NCBI RefSeq assembly: GCF_006345805.1
Contig: NW_021823685.1
Location: forward strand, 1-23,635
Length of the DNA: 23,635 nt
Origin: Octopus sinensis
Taxonomy: Eukaryota
Direction of reading: 5' to 3'
Positions 8,843 to 20,865 of the stretch are shown in pieces. Under the pieces are notes generated by a model. It saw only the letters and a list, made by a program, of their open reading frames with translations. It was not told where the DNA came from and searched no databases. Every line of letters begins with the position of its first letter. Position 1 is the first letter of the stretch. The position numbers were made by a program, and so were the translations under genes.

Positions 8843-10272
8843 ATGGAAGTGACAAAGGCGCATATTCTGCTTTATGAGTTCAATAAATGCAACAATGCAA
8901 AGGAAAATGTGAGGAATATTAATGCAGTATATGGGGATCAGACAATAAGCATAAACCAGTGTCAATGGTGGTTCCAGAAATTCCGAGCCGGACACTACAG
9001 CCTAGAAGACGAACCTCATCCTGCAAGATCTGTAGAGCTTGACAAGGATGTCCTGCAAACCCTGATGGAACAAAGTCCCATTGTAATTGTTGAAGAATTA
9101 GCAGAGAAGCTTGGATTTGGTCATTCAACCGTTCATCGGCACCTGCGTGACATTGCAAAAGTCAGCAAATTAGGTTAATGGGTTCCTCACAAACTTTCTG
9201 AGTCTAGTCGCATGCAGAGAGTGAATGTGTGCTCTTCTTTGCTGTTATGTCTCACAAACGACCCTTTTTTGGACTGAATAGTGACTGGGGATGAGAAATG
9301 GGTTCTCTATAAAAAAATGTGAAGCACCAAAGCCAGTGGGTAATGGAAATGAGAAACTCCAGCATCCCAGGCTAAAGGAGGTCCTCACCCACATAAGGTG
9401 TTGTTATCTCTTTGGTGGGATACTCTCTCTTTTACTCTTTTACTTGTTTCAGTCATTTGACTGCGGCCATGCTGGAGCACCGCCTTTAATCGAGCAAATC
9501 GACCCCGGGACTTATTCTTTTGTAAGCCCAGTACTTATTCTATTGGTCTCTTTTGCCAAACCGCTAAGTGACGGGGACGTAAACACACCAGCATCGGTTG
9601 TCAAGCAATGCTAGGGGGACAAACACAGACACACAAACACACACATGCATTTATATATATATACATATATACGACGGGCTTCTTTCAGTTTCCGTCTACC
9701 AAATCCACTCACAAGGCTTTGGTTGGCCTGAGGCTATAGTAGAAGACACTTGCCCAAGGTGCCACGCAGTGGGACTGAACCCAGAACCATGTGGTTGGTA
9801 AACAAGCTACTTACCACACAGCCATGAAAGGTTTAGTCAACTTTGAACTTTTGAACCCAAACCAAATGATAACAACAAAGATCTACTGCAAGTGGCTTGA
9901 TGTCTTTATTCAGCGCTAGAAGAAGAATACCCATCTTCGGTTTCAAGATGAAAGGCGTTCTTCCATGAGGATAATGCTCAGGCACATACAGCGAGGATGA
10001 CATTCCAAAGGCTGGAGCAGTTTGAATGGGAAATGATGCCCCACCCACCATATTTGCCAGACATTGCTTCATCCGATTATCATTTATTCCACAGTCTTCA
10101 AAACCATTTGGGTGGAAAAAATATGAATTCTGTAGATAAGGTCAGAACAGTACTGGAAGAGTATTTTTCATCACGGACAAGTGAATTTTGGAAGAGGGGC
10201 CTTGAAAGTCTACAAGATAGATGGAAAGCCATTGTAGGAAATGGAAATGAAGGAGAGTATATTTTAGATTAA
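8843..10272 (+). pseudogene. Mariner transposase pseudogene
   Basis: N-terminal HTH regions (WFQKFRAG, STVHRHL), then stop, WVPHKL, stop, IVTGDEKW. WWD|MKG is split by a SINE. HEDNAQAH and PYLPDIASSDYHLF follow, with exactly 34 residues between the 2nd and 3rd Asp. Contains in-frame stops and frameshifts. Confidence 0.93.
9422..9823 (-). mobile_element. SINE family 1 nested in the mariner catalytic domain
   Basis: Reverse complement of 7277-7680. Removing it rejoins TGGTGGGAT|ATGAAAGGT (WWDMKG). Confidence 0.92.
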
Positions 10273-10353
10273 AAAGAAACTTTATCTTAATTTTTAAAAA
10301 TAAAAAAGTATGAAAAAAGCACATTATTTATGGGATGACCCAATATATATATA

Positions 10354-10753
10354 GGTGCAGGAGTGGCTGTGTGGTAAGTAGCTTGTTTACAACCACATGG
10401 TTCCGGGTTCAGTCCCACTGCGTGGCACCTTGGGCAAGTGTCTTCTACTATAGCCTCGGGCCGACCAAAACCTTGTGAGTGGATTTGGTAGACGGAAACT
10501 GAAAGAAGCCTGTCGTATATATATGTATATATGTATGCGTGTGTGTGTTTGTCCCCCTAGCATTGCTTGACAACCGATGCTGGTGTGTTTATGTCCCTGT
10601 TACTTAGCGGTTTGGCAAAAGAGACCGATAGAATAAGTACTGGGCTTACAAAAAGATTAAGTCCCGGGGTCGAGTTGCTCGACTAAAGGCGGTGCTCCAG
10701 CATGGCCGCAGTCAAATGACTGAAACAAGTAAAAGAGTAAAAGAATAAAAGAG
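10354..10753 (+). mobile_element. SINE family 1, full length
   Basis: GGTGCAGGAGTGGCTGTGTGG head to AAAAGAGT tail. Flanked by a long direct repeat (10306-10353 / 10754-10801). Confidence 0.92.
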
Positions 10754-11019
10754 AAGTATAAAAAAACCACATTATTTATAGGATGACCCAATATATATAT
10801 ATATATTTCATCATTATCATCTTTCATATATGTAAGTATTTATATACATGCACACGTATACACACTCACATATACCCTGCGTATATACTCATGTATAAAC
10901 TTTGTTTCAAAAGCTAATTTTTCTTCGCCTTAAAATAAATATTGTAGATTTTTCCAGAAAATGTTTCTGTAATATATCATTCAGATTTTTTTATACATAC
11001 ATACATGGACACACACATG

Positions 11020-11225
11020 GGTATGTATATATATATATATAAATATATATATATATGGGGTGGTGGGATATATATGTTATATGATAGCTTTGTGGATATG
11101 TTTTTTATACGTTCACACATACATATTTTATGAGCATTATTTTGTGAATGCATGTTATAAGCATGTATGTATGTATGCATGTATGTATGTGTGTAAATAT
11201 ATAATATATGCACAAACACACACAG

Positions 11226-11257
<32 letters not shown>

Positions 11258-11507
11258 TATGCATATGTATTATATATACACACACACATATATAATATAT
11301 ATATATATATATTATATGTATATATATATGTATATATAGTGTATATATATGTATATATATATACATATATGTAGATATATATGATATATATATACATTAT
11401 GTATATATAATGTATATATATATATATGTATGTTATATATATATGTATATATATATGTATATATATATATATGTATAATATATATATATGTATATATATA
11501 ATATATG

Positions 11508-11582
<75 letters not shown>

Positions 11583-11894
11583 GTATATATATATATACGC
11601 GCAAATATACACTCACATCAAAGAAAACATGCATAAGGATTATTTTCAAAAGATTCTGTTTTTCCTCCTAAATAAATATGGTTTGCAAAAGATTCGTTCC
11701 CATAATATATTCAATTTATTATATATACACGAATGTATATATGTAATACACACACACAGACACACAAACACACACACATACAATGCACATACATTATATA
11801 TATATATTATATATATATATGCATGTATATGTGTGTGTGTATAATATATATATGCATGTATATGGGGGTGTATATATATATATATATATATATA

Positions 11895-11930
<36 letters not shown>

Positions 11931-12044
11931 GTATGTGTGTGTGGGTGTATATATATATATATAAAATTAATATATATAAATTTATATATATAGATATATA
12001 TATATATATATATATATATATGGTATGTAGTATATATATACATA

Positions 12045-12082
<38 letters not shown>

Positions 12083-12460
12083 ATATATATATATATATGT
12101 ATATATATACATACATACACACGCATGTACAAAACAGACCCCACACACACATATATATACACAAACACATGCATATATATATATATATATACATACAAAC
12201 ATGCATATATACATACATATATATACATATACATATATATATATATAGAGAGACACACACACACACACACACGTATATATGGAGACACACATGCACATAT
12301 ATATTATATATACATACATACATCCATACATACAAAAGTATATATGTGAATATACATATATATAGGTATATGTGTATGTATATATACACACACACATACA
12401 CAAACACACACACACACATATATATATACATGCATGTATGCTTGTACATATATATTAACC
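11020..12460. repeat. (TA)n/(CA)n microsatellite field
   Basis: Long imperfect dinucleotide tracts with one short unique island at about 11600-11730. Confidence 0.9.
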
Positions 12461-12891
12461 ACTAAAGACACACATACATATGTACAAACATTATTTTATT
12501 AAAGCATTTCTAGTTTTCTTTGCTTTAAATAAATGTTGTCGTTAGTGTTTTTTTAATTAAATCCCGTCTCTAATAGCTCTCTGAAAGTATTTACTTTTAC
12601 TACTGTTGTTCAACATTGTTTACATACTGGGCGTTTGCAATGCAGGGTAGGGCAGCAAGCGATTTGATTGGTTGAACCATGTGACCCCGTTTCATTCAAA
12701 CACTATTGTATTGGACAGTGTCTGTTTACGCACAACACCTCTTAGATCGATAGGAAACTGAAGTAGTGCTTATATAGTTTAAAGACTTACTGTGGGGTTA
12801 AATAAGAATGTAAACACATTCTTTCTGTGCTGTTGTAATGTTATGCAGCGTTGGTCATGTCTTGTAGAACTTAAAGACTATTAAGAAAGAA

Positions 12892-13320
12892 GGCGCAGGA
12901 GTGGCTGTGTGGTAAGTAGCTTGCTCACCAACCACATGGTTCCGGGTTCAGTCCCACTGCGTGGCACCTTGGGCAAGTGTCTTCTACTATAGCCTCGGGC
13001 CGACCAAAGCCTTGTGAGTGGATTTGGTAGACGGAAACTGAATGAAGCCCGTCGTATATATGATATATATATATAGATATAATATATATATATATATATA
13101 TATGCATGTGTGTGTTTGTCCCCCTAGCATGATTGGACAACACGATGGTGGTGTGTTTACGTCACCCTCACTTAGCGGTTCGGCAAAAGAGACTGATAGA
13201 ATAAGTACTGGGCTTACAAAGAATAAGTACCGTGGTCGATTTGCTCGATTAAAGGCGGTGCTCCAGCATGGCCACAGTCAAATGACTGAAACAAGTAAAA
13301 GAGTAAAAGAGTAAAGAGTA
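12892..13320 (+). mobile_element. SINE family 1, full length
   Basis: GGCGCAGGAGTGGCTGTGTGG head, same body, (AAAAGAGT)n tail. Confidence 0.92.
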
Positions 13321-13389
13321 TTGTGTGTGTATGTATGTGTGTGTGTGTGAGTGTATGTATCTATGTATCTGTCTATCTATCTACATATA

Positions 13390-13700
13390 TCTATAATATA
13401 AATTGGACATGGGTGATCGTTGCATTCTTTCTTGTCTTGAGGTTCACAGCCAAACGGCTGGGTGGATTTGCATGAATAATGGCACACATGTAGAGACGGG
13501 TGCATAGATTGGAATGCAGTTTGTATTTTTTTCCTAACCCCTATACTTACCGAGAAAATTGATTAAAACTTTTGCTAATGGAATTTCCCTCTTTCTTCTG
13601 CCACGGGGTGATGTCTTGAGGTTCACAGCCAAACGGCTGGGTGGATTCGTGTGAAAAATGGCACACATGGTGAGATGGGTACATAGATTGGAATGCAGAA
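13390..13700 (+). mobile_element. Probable Helitron 5' fragment with 87 bp internal direct repeat
   Basis: A|TCTATAATATAAATT start and CCAAACGGCTGGGTGGATT motif. 13433-13519 is repeated at 13612-13698. No CTAG 3' end seen. Confidence 0.5.
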
Positions 13701-13760
13701 AAGATTAACGATGATAGATATATAATATACAAACAAATAATCAGTATATAATTAAATTAA

Positions 13761-13886
13761 ATATTTAAATTTAATTTGTCAAAATATTTTCGACGCATTA
13801 GATGCAGCACGGAATTTTGTCAGTGAACAGGTCGCGGTCTGCAATGCAAGCGGTGAAAATATTTTGGGCAAATTAAATTTAAATGT
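13761..13886. repeat. Short imperfect inverted repeat (possible small MITE)
   Basis: ATATTTAAATTTAATTTGTCAAAATATTTTC (13761-13791) vs GAAAATATTTTGGGCAAATTAAATTTAAATGT (13855-13886). Confidence 0.6.
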
Positions 13887-13921
13887 TGTAGTGAATCTAA
13901 CGGTTTTTGTGTGTTTCTTAA

Positions 13922-14874
13922 CCCTTTCGTTACCAACCCGGCTGAAACCGGCTCTGTCTCTGAGTATAAATGTCTTGTTTTCATAAATTTTGAATTTAAA
14001 TCTTCCACAATTTATGTTCCTAACACTAGATTAATGATGACTAAGTTATTTTACTAAATTCTTTGTTATATTTAAAATTAATTGAAAGAAACACAGAGCA
14101 TCTCAAATAAATACAGTAACAAAAAGGTTACAATATATAATAGAGAATCAATTCTTAACCCATTTGATACCAAATTGGCTGAAACCACTTCTGGCTCTGT
14201 AGTACAAATGTCTTGTTTTCATAAGTTTTGAATTAAAATCTTCCACCAAACCTTAGTCACAATTTATGTTCCTAACACTAGCTTAATGGTAACTAAGTTA
14301 TTTTACTAAATTCTTTGTTATATTTAAATTAATTGAAAGAAACACAGAACATCTCAACAGAAATATGGTAACAAAAGGGTTAAAGTCACCATGATATTTT
14401 TAACCCTTTCGTTACCAACCCAGCTGAAACTGCCTCTGGTTCTGAGTACAAATGTCTTGTTTTCATAAATTTTGAAGTAAAATCTTCCACCAAACAAACT
14501 TTAGTCACAATTTATGTTCCTAACACTAGCTGAATGATAACTAAGTTATTTTACTAAATTCTTTATTATATTTAAAATTATGTGAAAGAAACACAGAACA
14601 TTCCAACAGAAATATGGTAACAAAAGGGTTCAAGTCACCATGATATTTTAAACCCTTTTGATACCAACCCGACTGAAACTGCTTCCGGCTCTGTAGTACA
14701 AATGTCTTGTTTTCATAAGTTTTGAATTAAAATCTTCCACCAAACCTTAGTCACAATTTAAATTCCTAACACTAGCTGAATGATAACTAAGTTATTTTAC
14801 TAAATTCTTTGCTGTATTTAAAATTAATTGAAAGAAACACAGAGCATCTCAATAGAAATACAGTAACGAAAGGG
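13922..14874. mobile_element. Tandem array of four piggyBac-type MITEs (13922-14127, 14159-14379, 14404-14628, 14653-14874)
   Basis: Each unit follows the consensus TTAA|CCCTTTCGTTAC...GTAACGAAAGGG|TTAA, is ~205-225 bp long and shares the same body. TTAA target and CCC/GGG ends are piggyBac hallmarks. Confidence 0.9.
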
Positions 14875-14911
14875 TTAAATGGCTTATAAACACCTTCCAC
14901 GCTGCAATTAA

Positions 14912-15133
14912 CCCTTTAGCATTTAAACTGGCCATATCTGGCCAAAATTATTCTGCCTGTTTTATGTTCAAACTGGCCGGATCTGGCTTCTCAATGCTAC
15001 CCAACAATGTCATTCTAAAAATTAACGGTTGCCCCATCAAAATTTAAAAGCAACAAGATTAATGAATGATTAGTTCAAAGCAATGTGGATAAACAAGGAT
15101 TAATTTTGGCAGAATAATGCGAACACTAAAGGG
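14912..15133. mobile_element. piggyBac-type MITE, second family
   Basis: TTAA|CCCTTTAG...CTAAAGGG|TTAA with an unrelated internal sequence. Confidence 0.88.
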
Positions 15134-15588
15134 TTAAATTAAAACTGGAATTAAAAAAAAACAAACAAAAAAAAACACTAGAACATAAAACGAGCAAAGA
15201 AAAACAATAACAAAAACACTGATAAACAAATAAACAAAATAACTGAGACTAGGTAAAAACAGACTGTCCTGCTTTGTGAAACATTCTTTAATGAGAGATT
15301 TGTAAGGTTGTCCATATTTTCTATGGATTAACTGAATGCAACAACACATAGATTTAGATTTGCAGTCAACTGATTGTCATATATTATGCAGGCTTTCATA
15401 TATTTTTTTGCGTGAGTTTTTTTTATTAGTTCTTTCTCCTCTCTTCTTTGTTTGTGTTATGTTTGCTTTTCTTTCTTTTTTCTCTGTTTCTTTTTCTTTC
15501 TTTGTCATGTATGTCAGTCATATATACACAATGTTAATATAATACATATAATATGTAACATAATATACTACATATATATATATGCTAT

Positions 15589-15681
<93 letters not shown>

Positions 15682-15874
15682 ATGCAAAATTTATAAGTTT
15701 AATTTATTAATTTAAATTAATTTTTTCAAAATTTTAACTTTAATTTAAATATTTTAATTGGATTTTTATATTTTATATTTTTAATATTTTTTAATTAATT
15801 TTATTTCTATGTATTGGCTTATGATTTTCACTGTTTGATTTGCCTAATAGTGGTTTTATCTCTAATTTGATATA

Positions 15875-15923
<49 letters not shown>

Positions 15924-15928
15924 GTACA

Positions 15929-16310
15929 GCTGTGTGGTAAGAAGCTTGCTTCCAGCCACATGGTTCTTGGTTCAGTCCCACTGCATGGCACCTTGGGCAA
16001 GTATCTTCTACTGTAGCCTTGGGCTGACCAAAGCCTTGTGAATGGATTTGGTCAATGGAAACTGAAAGAAGCCCCTCCTATATATATAGATGTATATACT
16101 TATGAGTGTGTTTTTTGTATTTGTGTTTTTCCCCCATAATTACTTGAAAACTGATGTTAGTGTGTTTTCATCCCCATAACTTAGCAGTTTGGCAATAGAG
16201 ACTGATTGAATAGGTACCAGGCGATTACTTCAGCTAAAAATTCTTCAAGACGGTGGTGCTCCAGAATGGCTACACCTTAATGTCTGAAGCAAGCAAAAGA
16301 TAACAGATAA
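15929..16310 (+). mobile_element. Older, diverged SINE family 1 copy
   Basis: GCTGTGTGGTAAGAAGCTTGCTT...GGTTCAGTCCCACTG...GGTGCTCCAG with many substitutions. Confidence 0.8.
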
Positions 16311-16534
16311 AAAACACATTACACCATCTTGCTTGATTAGAACTTTGTACTGGGTGTTCCAAGCGCAGGATTCAGTTCTCTGTAATATGATGTTGTAAAG
16401 TGTTCCCATGACGATCAGATGTGGTTTTTAGCAAGCTGTTGCACTCAGAACATCCCCGGCAGAACTCCAAATAACCACAACGGAAATAACCACATAGGAA
16501 GAAATGGCATCAACTTGGGTTGGTGTAATTTCTC

Positions 16535-16587
16535 ATATATATATATATATTTATTTATTTATACATGTATGTATGTATGTGTCTATA

Positions 16588-16620
<33 letters not shown>

Positions 16621-16696
16621 ATAATGTATGCATGTATGTGTCTATTATATATATATTTATATTATAGATGTATATATATGTGTATATATATATATG

Positions 16697-16741
<45 letters not shown>

Positions 16742-16858
16742 ATATATATATGTATATATGTATGTAGTAGGTATGTGTCTATATATAATATATACATATT
16801 ATAATATTATTTATATATGAATAGATACATGTATATATATATTATGTATATATATGCA

Positions 16859-16907
<49 letters not shown>

Positions 16908-17090
16908 TTATATATGAATATACATGTATATATATATTTATGTATATATATGCATATATGTGTATATATATATAATATATATTATACATACCTATATATA
17001 GATAGATATACACATAAACATATATATACATATAAATATATATTGATGTATATATATATATGCATACATATATATGTGTGTATGTATATA

Positions 17091-17140
<50 letters not shown>

Positions 17141-17345
17141 TGGATACATATATATGTGTGTATGTATACACACACACACACACACACACATATATATTTT
17201 GTGTGTTTGTGTTATGTGAATTTGTACAAAATTCATGGAAGCACATTGAAACGTATGTATGTGTCTGAGTTTCAATGTGTGTTTGTGGAGAAAGAGAAAG
17301 AGAGAGAGAGAGAGGGACAGACAGACAGACAGACAGAGATAGAGA
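16535..17345. repeat. (TA)n/(TATG)n/(CA)n/(GA)n microsatellite field
   Basis: Direct inspection. Confidence 0.9.
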
Positions 17346-18110
17346 AGAGTTAGACCTACTCCACCATTGTTTTTTTCATACGTCGCACACAAATGCTGTA
17401 TACTTAACAATCCCAGCATGCACTACTTTTTCACAAATTTACATATCTGCAACACCATGCACCCTAGCATGCATTTTACCAACTTCACAATAACTAGCAA
17501 AGCCAAAGAACCATATATTTTTGTTTCTGAAGTCTCTCTCTCTCTCTCTCTCCCTTTGAATATATTTTTCTGAATAGGAAGCGAAAATCATTTTAAAAGC
17601 AGTTTTGTTTTCTCTTTTAGGTTTTTATTGTTGTGATTTTTGTGATTGATGTTGTTGGTGCTGGTGATTGATGCTTTGTTGCTTAATGCTTAATGCTTAA
17701 TGCCTAACAAATGATGGATACCCCTTTGACGAGGGCAGAATGAAAACATTTTTTCATAAGATGCTGTATTTTATAATTCAACAAGGCTACAGTCATTAAA
17801 CCGTTATGATTTATAATAATTACTCAATGACCAAGAATAACAAACAATCATTAACCATAGAAACAACACAAAATATTTTGGAGACCGTATGATGAGCCCT
17901 CCTTGATGAGACTCTGAAGTTCCATTGAACTTCTTCATTAAACTATATATGCATGTGTGTGTATGTATCGGTGTGCACGTGTACATGTGTGTTTGAGTGT
18001 GTATAGTTTAATGAAGAAATATATATATATATATAAATAAATTTTTCCCTGTAAGTTAGGAATAATATTCCCTCAAATTATTATTATTATATATATATAT
18101 ATATATTATA

Positions 18111-18530
18111 ATTATATTAAATTAGAGATAAAACCACTATTAGGCAAATCAAACAATGAAAAACAAGCCAATACATAAAATTAATTAATTTATATTATTT
18201 TAAATATATATCAAAAGTATTAAAAGTTTAATATAATAGTAGGCTTTCCATTTAATTCTAGAAACAAAATCCTTAATATTATTAATAAGTTTCAAAATAT
18301 AATCTTTCTTAGAAGGTATTGGAATATCCTTCAAGGATGAATTCCAAAATAGCGGTTCTATCTAACCTGTAAATTCCATAATTTACGAAGTTGAGATATT
18401 ACACTCAATATGCGTAATTTATCAATATATTGATTAATAATAAAATATTAGGGAATAAATCCAAACTTACAGGGAAAAATCAGATTTAGGATTAAATCCA
18501 ATTTTATAGTAAAATATATTATATTATATT
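18111..18530. mobile_element. AT-rich interspersed repeat beside (TA)n, unclassified (possibly Penelope-like pLTR)
   Basis: 18111-18190 matches the reverse complement of about 15790-15875. 18440-18480 matches the reverse complement of about 18040-18085. Confidence 0.5.
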
Positions 18531-18625
18531 TGATCATAGTGAAAATAAAACGAAAGACAAGAGCAAGTTTGAAATGAGTTTTCAGCTCTTACTATACTTT
18601 AATATTTGTGTCTGAACAGTGTGTG

Positions 18626-18934
18626 TGTGTGTGTCCTCTTATTTGGGATCTTTATGTGTAAGGGAGTAAGTAGTAAGGTTTATCTTTAAAAATAAAGATT
18701 CTCTTCTCTCTTCTCACTGTATATCTGGTACTTGTTGTATTTGTAGATCTTCAGAGATGTACGAAAAGAAGACTGTGTGCATGTGTGTGTCCTCTTATTG
18801 GGATCTTTATGTGTAAGGGAGTAAGTAGTAAGGTTTATCTTTAAAAATAAAGATTCTCTTCTCTCCTCTCACTGTATATCTGGTACTTGTTGTATTTGTG
18901 GATCTTCAGAGATGTACGAAAAGAAGACTGTGTG
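18626..18934. repeat. Recent 156 bp tandem duplication
   Basis: 18626-18779 vs 18782-18934 show three differences. Units are bounded by (TG)n. Confidence 0.92.
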
Positions 18935-20065
18935 TATGTGTGATTTTGGAACTCATTTGAAGTCAAACTCATTGAGATTCAGGCTTAGAACAAAAGGGTT
19001 AACAGGAAGCATGATGAATTGAACCACCATACCATCCACCTGGTGGCATCCAATTTCTGGTTTCCTGTTATTATTGTCATGTTTAAATGTTCTTTATTAC
19101 ATCAGAGGGGAAACATTAGTAATCATTTACGAAAAGAAAGAAGGAAAAAAACAAGAAAAAAACAAATACAAAAGCCTTGGATTTATAGGGTTGGCTGATC
19201 CATGATCCACTGCATTCCAGATGTGGCCATCCCATCTTATAAAATATTGTTTGTCTCGATTTGTAAGGTCGTAATCAGGCTCAAGCTTTCTGGTTTCCTG
19301 CTATTTTTCAAATATATTTTAATGTTCGATACTACACAGAAAGTGGAATTATTACATTGTCTAGAAAAGAAAAGCAAACAGAAATCCTGCAGGTTTTGGA
19401 TGAATAGAGCTATGTCCAAATCTTTCCAACCATGACCATCACATCTTCTTAGGCCGAGTTTATTTTGGGCTGCGTAATCCAATATATCCTTCTTCAGAAG
19501 GATGGAAGGTATAATCAACACCATTAGAATTCAAAATCAGGGATGCAACTAAAAACCAAAAAAGTGTTTGGTCAGTTGTTCTATCGATTTTGTCACTTCA
19601 TTGCCACTGTTTTTGTGAAGCACTCTACTGATTTACTGATTCTACCACTTAGCTAGCCATCAGCATTTTGTTGAGCACGTTGAGTGTATGGATGTGTTGG
19701 TTGTATCTTTCCTTAAAGGTATTTGTTATAAGTCCCATTGAAGTTTCCCTCACTATTACCTGTAGGTGTTATACTGTTTTTTTATCACTGTTACTCCACT
19801 GTCATCATTTTGTCAGGCATTCTACTGCATATGCCACTCCACCACACTTAAATAATAATAATAAGAAGAAGAAGAAGAATTTTTAACATAAGTGGGCATG
19901 GCCATGGATGTTACAAGAGAGGAGTGTATCAGTCAATTGTATCCATCCCAAGTATATAACTGGTACTTCATGTCATTGACCTTGCTTCCTCTCTTTGTTG
20001 GGGTTTTCATTTATCTTTTGTTATTTTTTTTCAAACCAGGGACAATGTTTTTTGACACCAACAGA

Positions 20066-20306
20066 TAATGATAATAACAATTATAACAATAATTCTTTCT
20101 AATTTTGGAACAGAGCTAGCACTTGTTAGGGCAGAGGCCAAGTTGATTACATTGAGACCAGCACACGACTGACACTTTTCTATACCAACTGCACGTTGAT
20201 GAAATGCAAAGTAAACCTTGGCAAAGTTTGAACTCAGAATGTATAGAGCCAGAAGAACTGCTGCTAAGCATTTTGTCCGATGTGCTAATAATTCCGCCAA
20301 CTCACC
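20066..20306 (-). mobile_element. Diverged tRNA-derived SINE family 3
   Basis: Minus strand GGTGAGTTGGCGGAATTATTAGCAC...GAGTTCAAAC (A/B-box-like) ending in an (ATT)n-like tail. A weaker related fragment lies at about 20595-20650. Confidence 0.6.
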
Positions 20307-20310
20307 ATGT

Positions 20311-20336
20311 TAATAATAATAATAATAATAGTAATA

Positions 20337-20367
<31 letters not shown>

Positions 20368-20430
20368 TTATAATAATAATAATAGTAATAACTGAAATTT
20401 TGTGAGGGATAAGCTGATTAAATCAACTCC

Positions 20431-20461
<31 letters not shown>

Positions 20462-20490
20462 GAATAACAATAACAATAACAACAACAATA
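20311..20490. repeat. (AAT)n/(AAC)n microsatellites
   Basis: Direct inspection. Confidence 0.9.
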
Positions 20491-20865
20491 CTACTATTAG
20501 TGGTAGTACTAGTAGTATTGATATTTGACCTCAAATTTTAGGGGTAATTTTGGGGCCAATATTTGATTGGCATTATATTTCATTGTCTCTCTGGAAGAAT
20601 AAAAAGGTGAAGTTGACCCCAACAGAATTTGACCATAGAACTTAAAAGAGCGAAAAACAAACAAAAAAAAAAACAGAAGGGAGCTGAATATTGGCTGATA
20701 TTTATAACTCGACACTCCACTGACTGACTCTGCCAAGTGGCTGCCCCTTGGTGAAACTAATATCGATGTGGATGAGCCTGGATTTGCGGCAGGCTTCGAT
20801 TCGTTTTTCAGTTTATTTTTTTTTCTTAAATTAAAATTACTTTTGGTTTATTTTTGGGGTTTTCG

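Larger units (their letters stand above)
8664..10343 (+). mobile_element. Mariner (Tc1/mariner, DD34D) transposon, full length but decayed, ~1.28 kb without the nested SINE
   Basis: TIRs are TTGGGTTTTCCCATAAT and reverse complement TTGGGTCATCCCATAAAT. Sits in (TA)n with TA on the right. Encodes transposase motifs. Confidence 0.93.

Noticed and set aside
13922-14874. Repeat-spacer array resembling CRISPR
   Set aside because: Units are ~220 bp TTAA-flanked MITEs, the spacers are not unique, the context is eukaryotic and there are no cas genes.
19237-19524. 95 aa minus-strand ORF and CTGAAGA at about 19491 as a possible exon or hammerhead
   Set aside because: No recognisable protein motif, and no GAAA box or stem II at the right spacing.
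20812-20852. Two minus-strand AATAAA hexamers just after the GPCR stop codon
   Set aside because: They sit in A-rich sequence where the hexamer is expected by chance. They cannot be called without 3'-end data.
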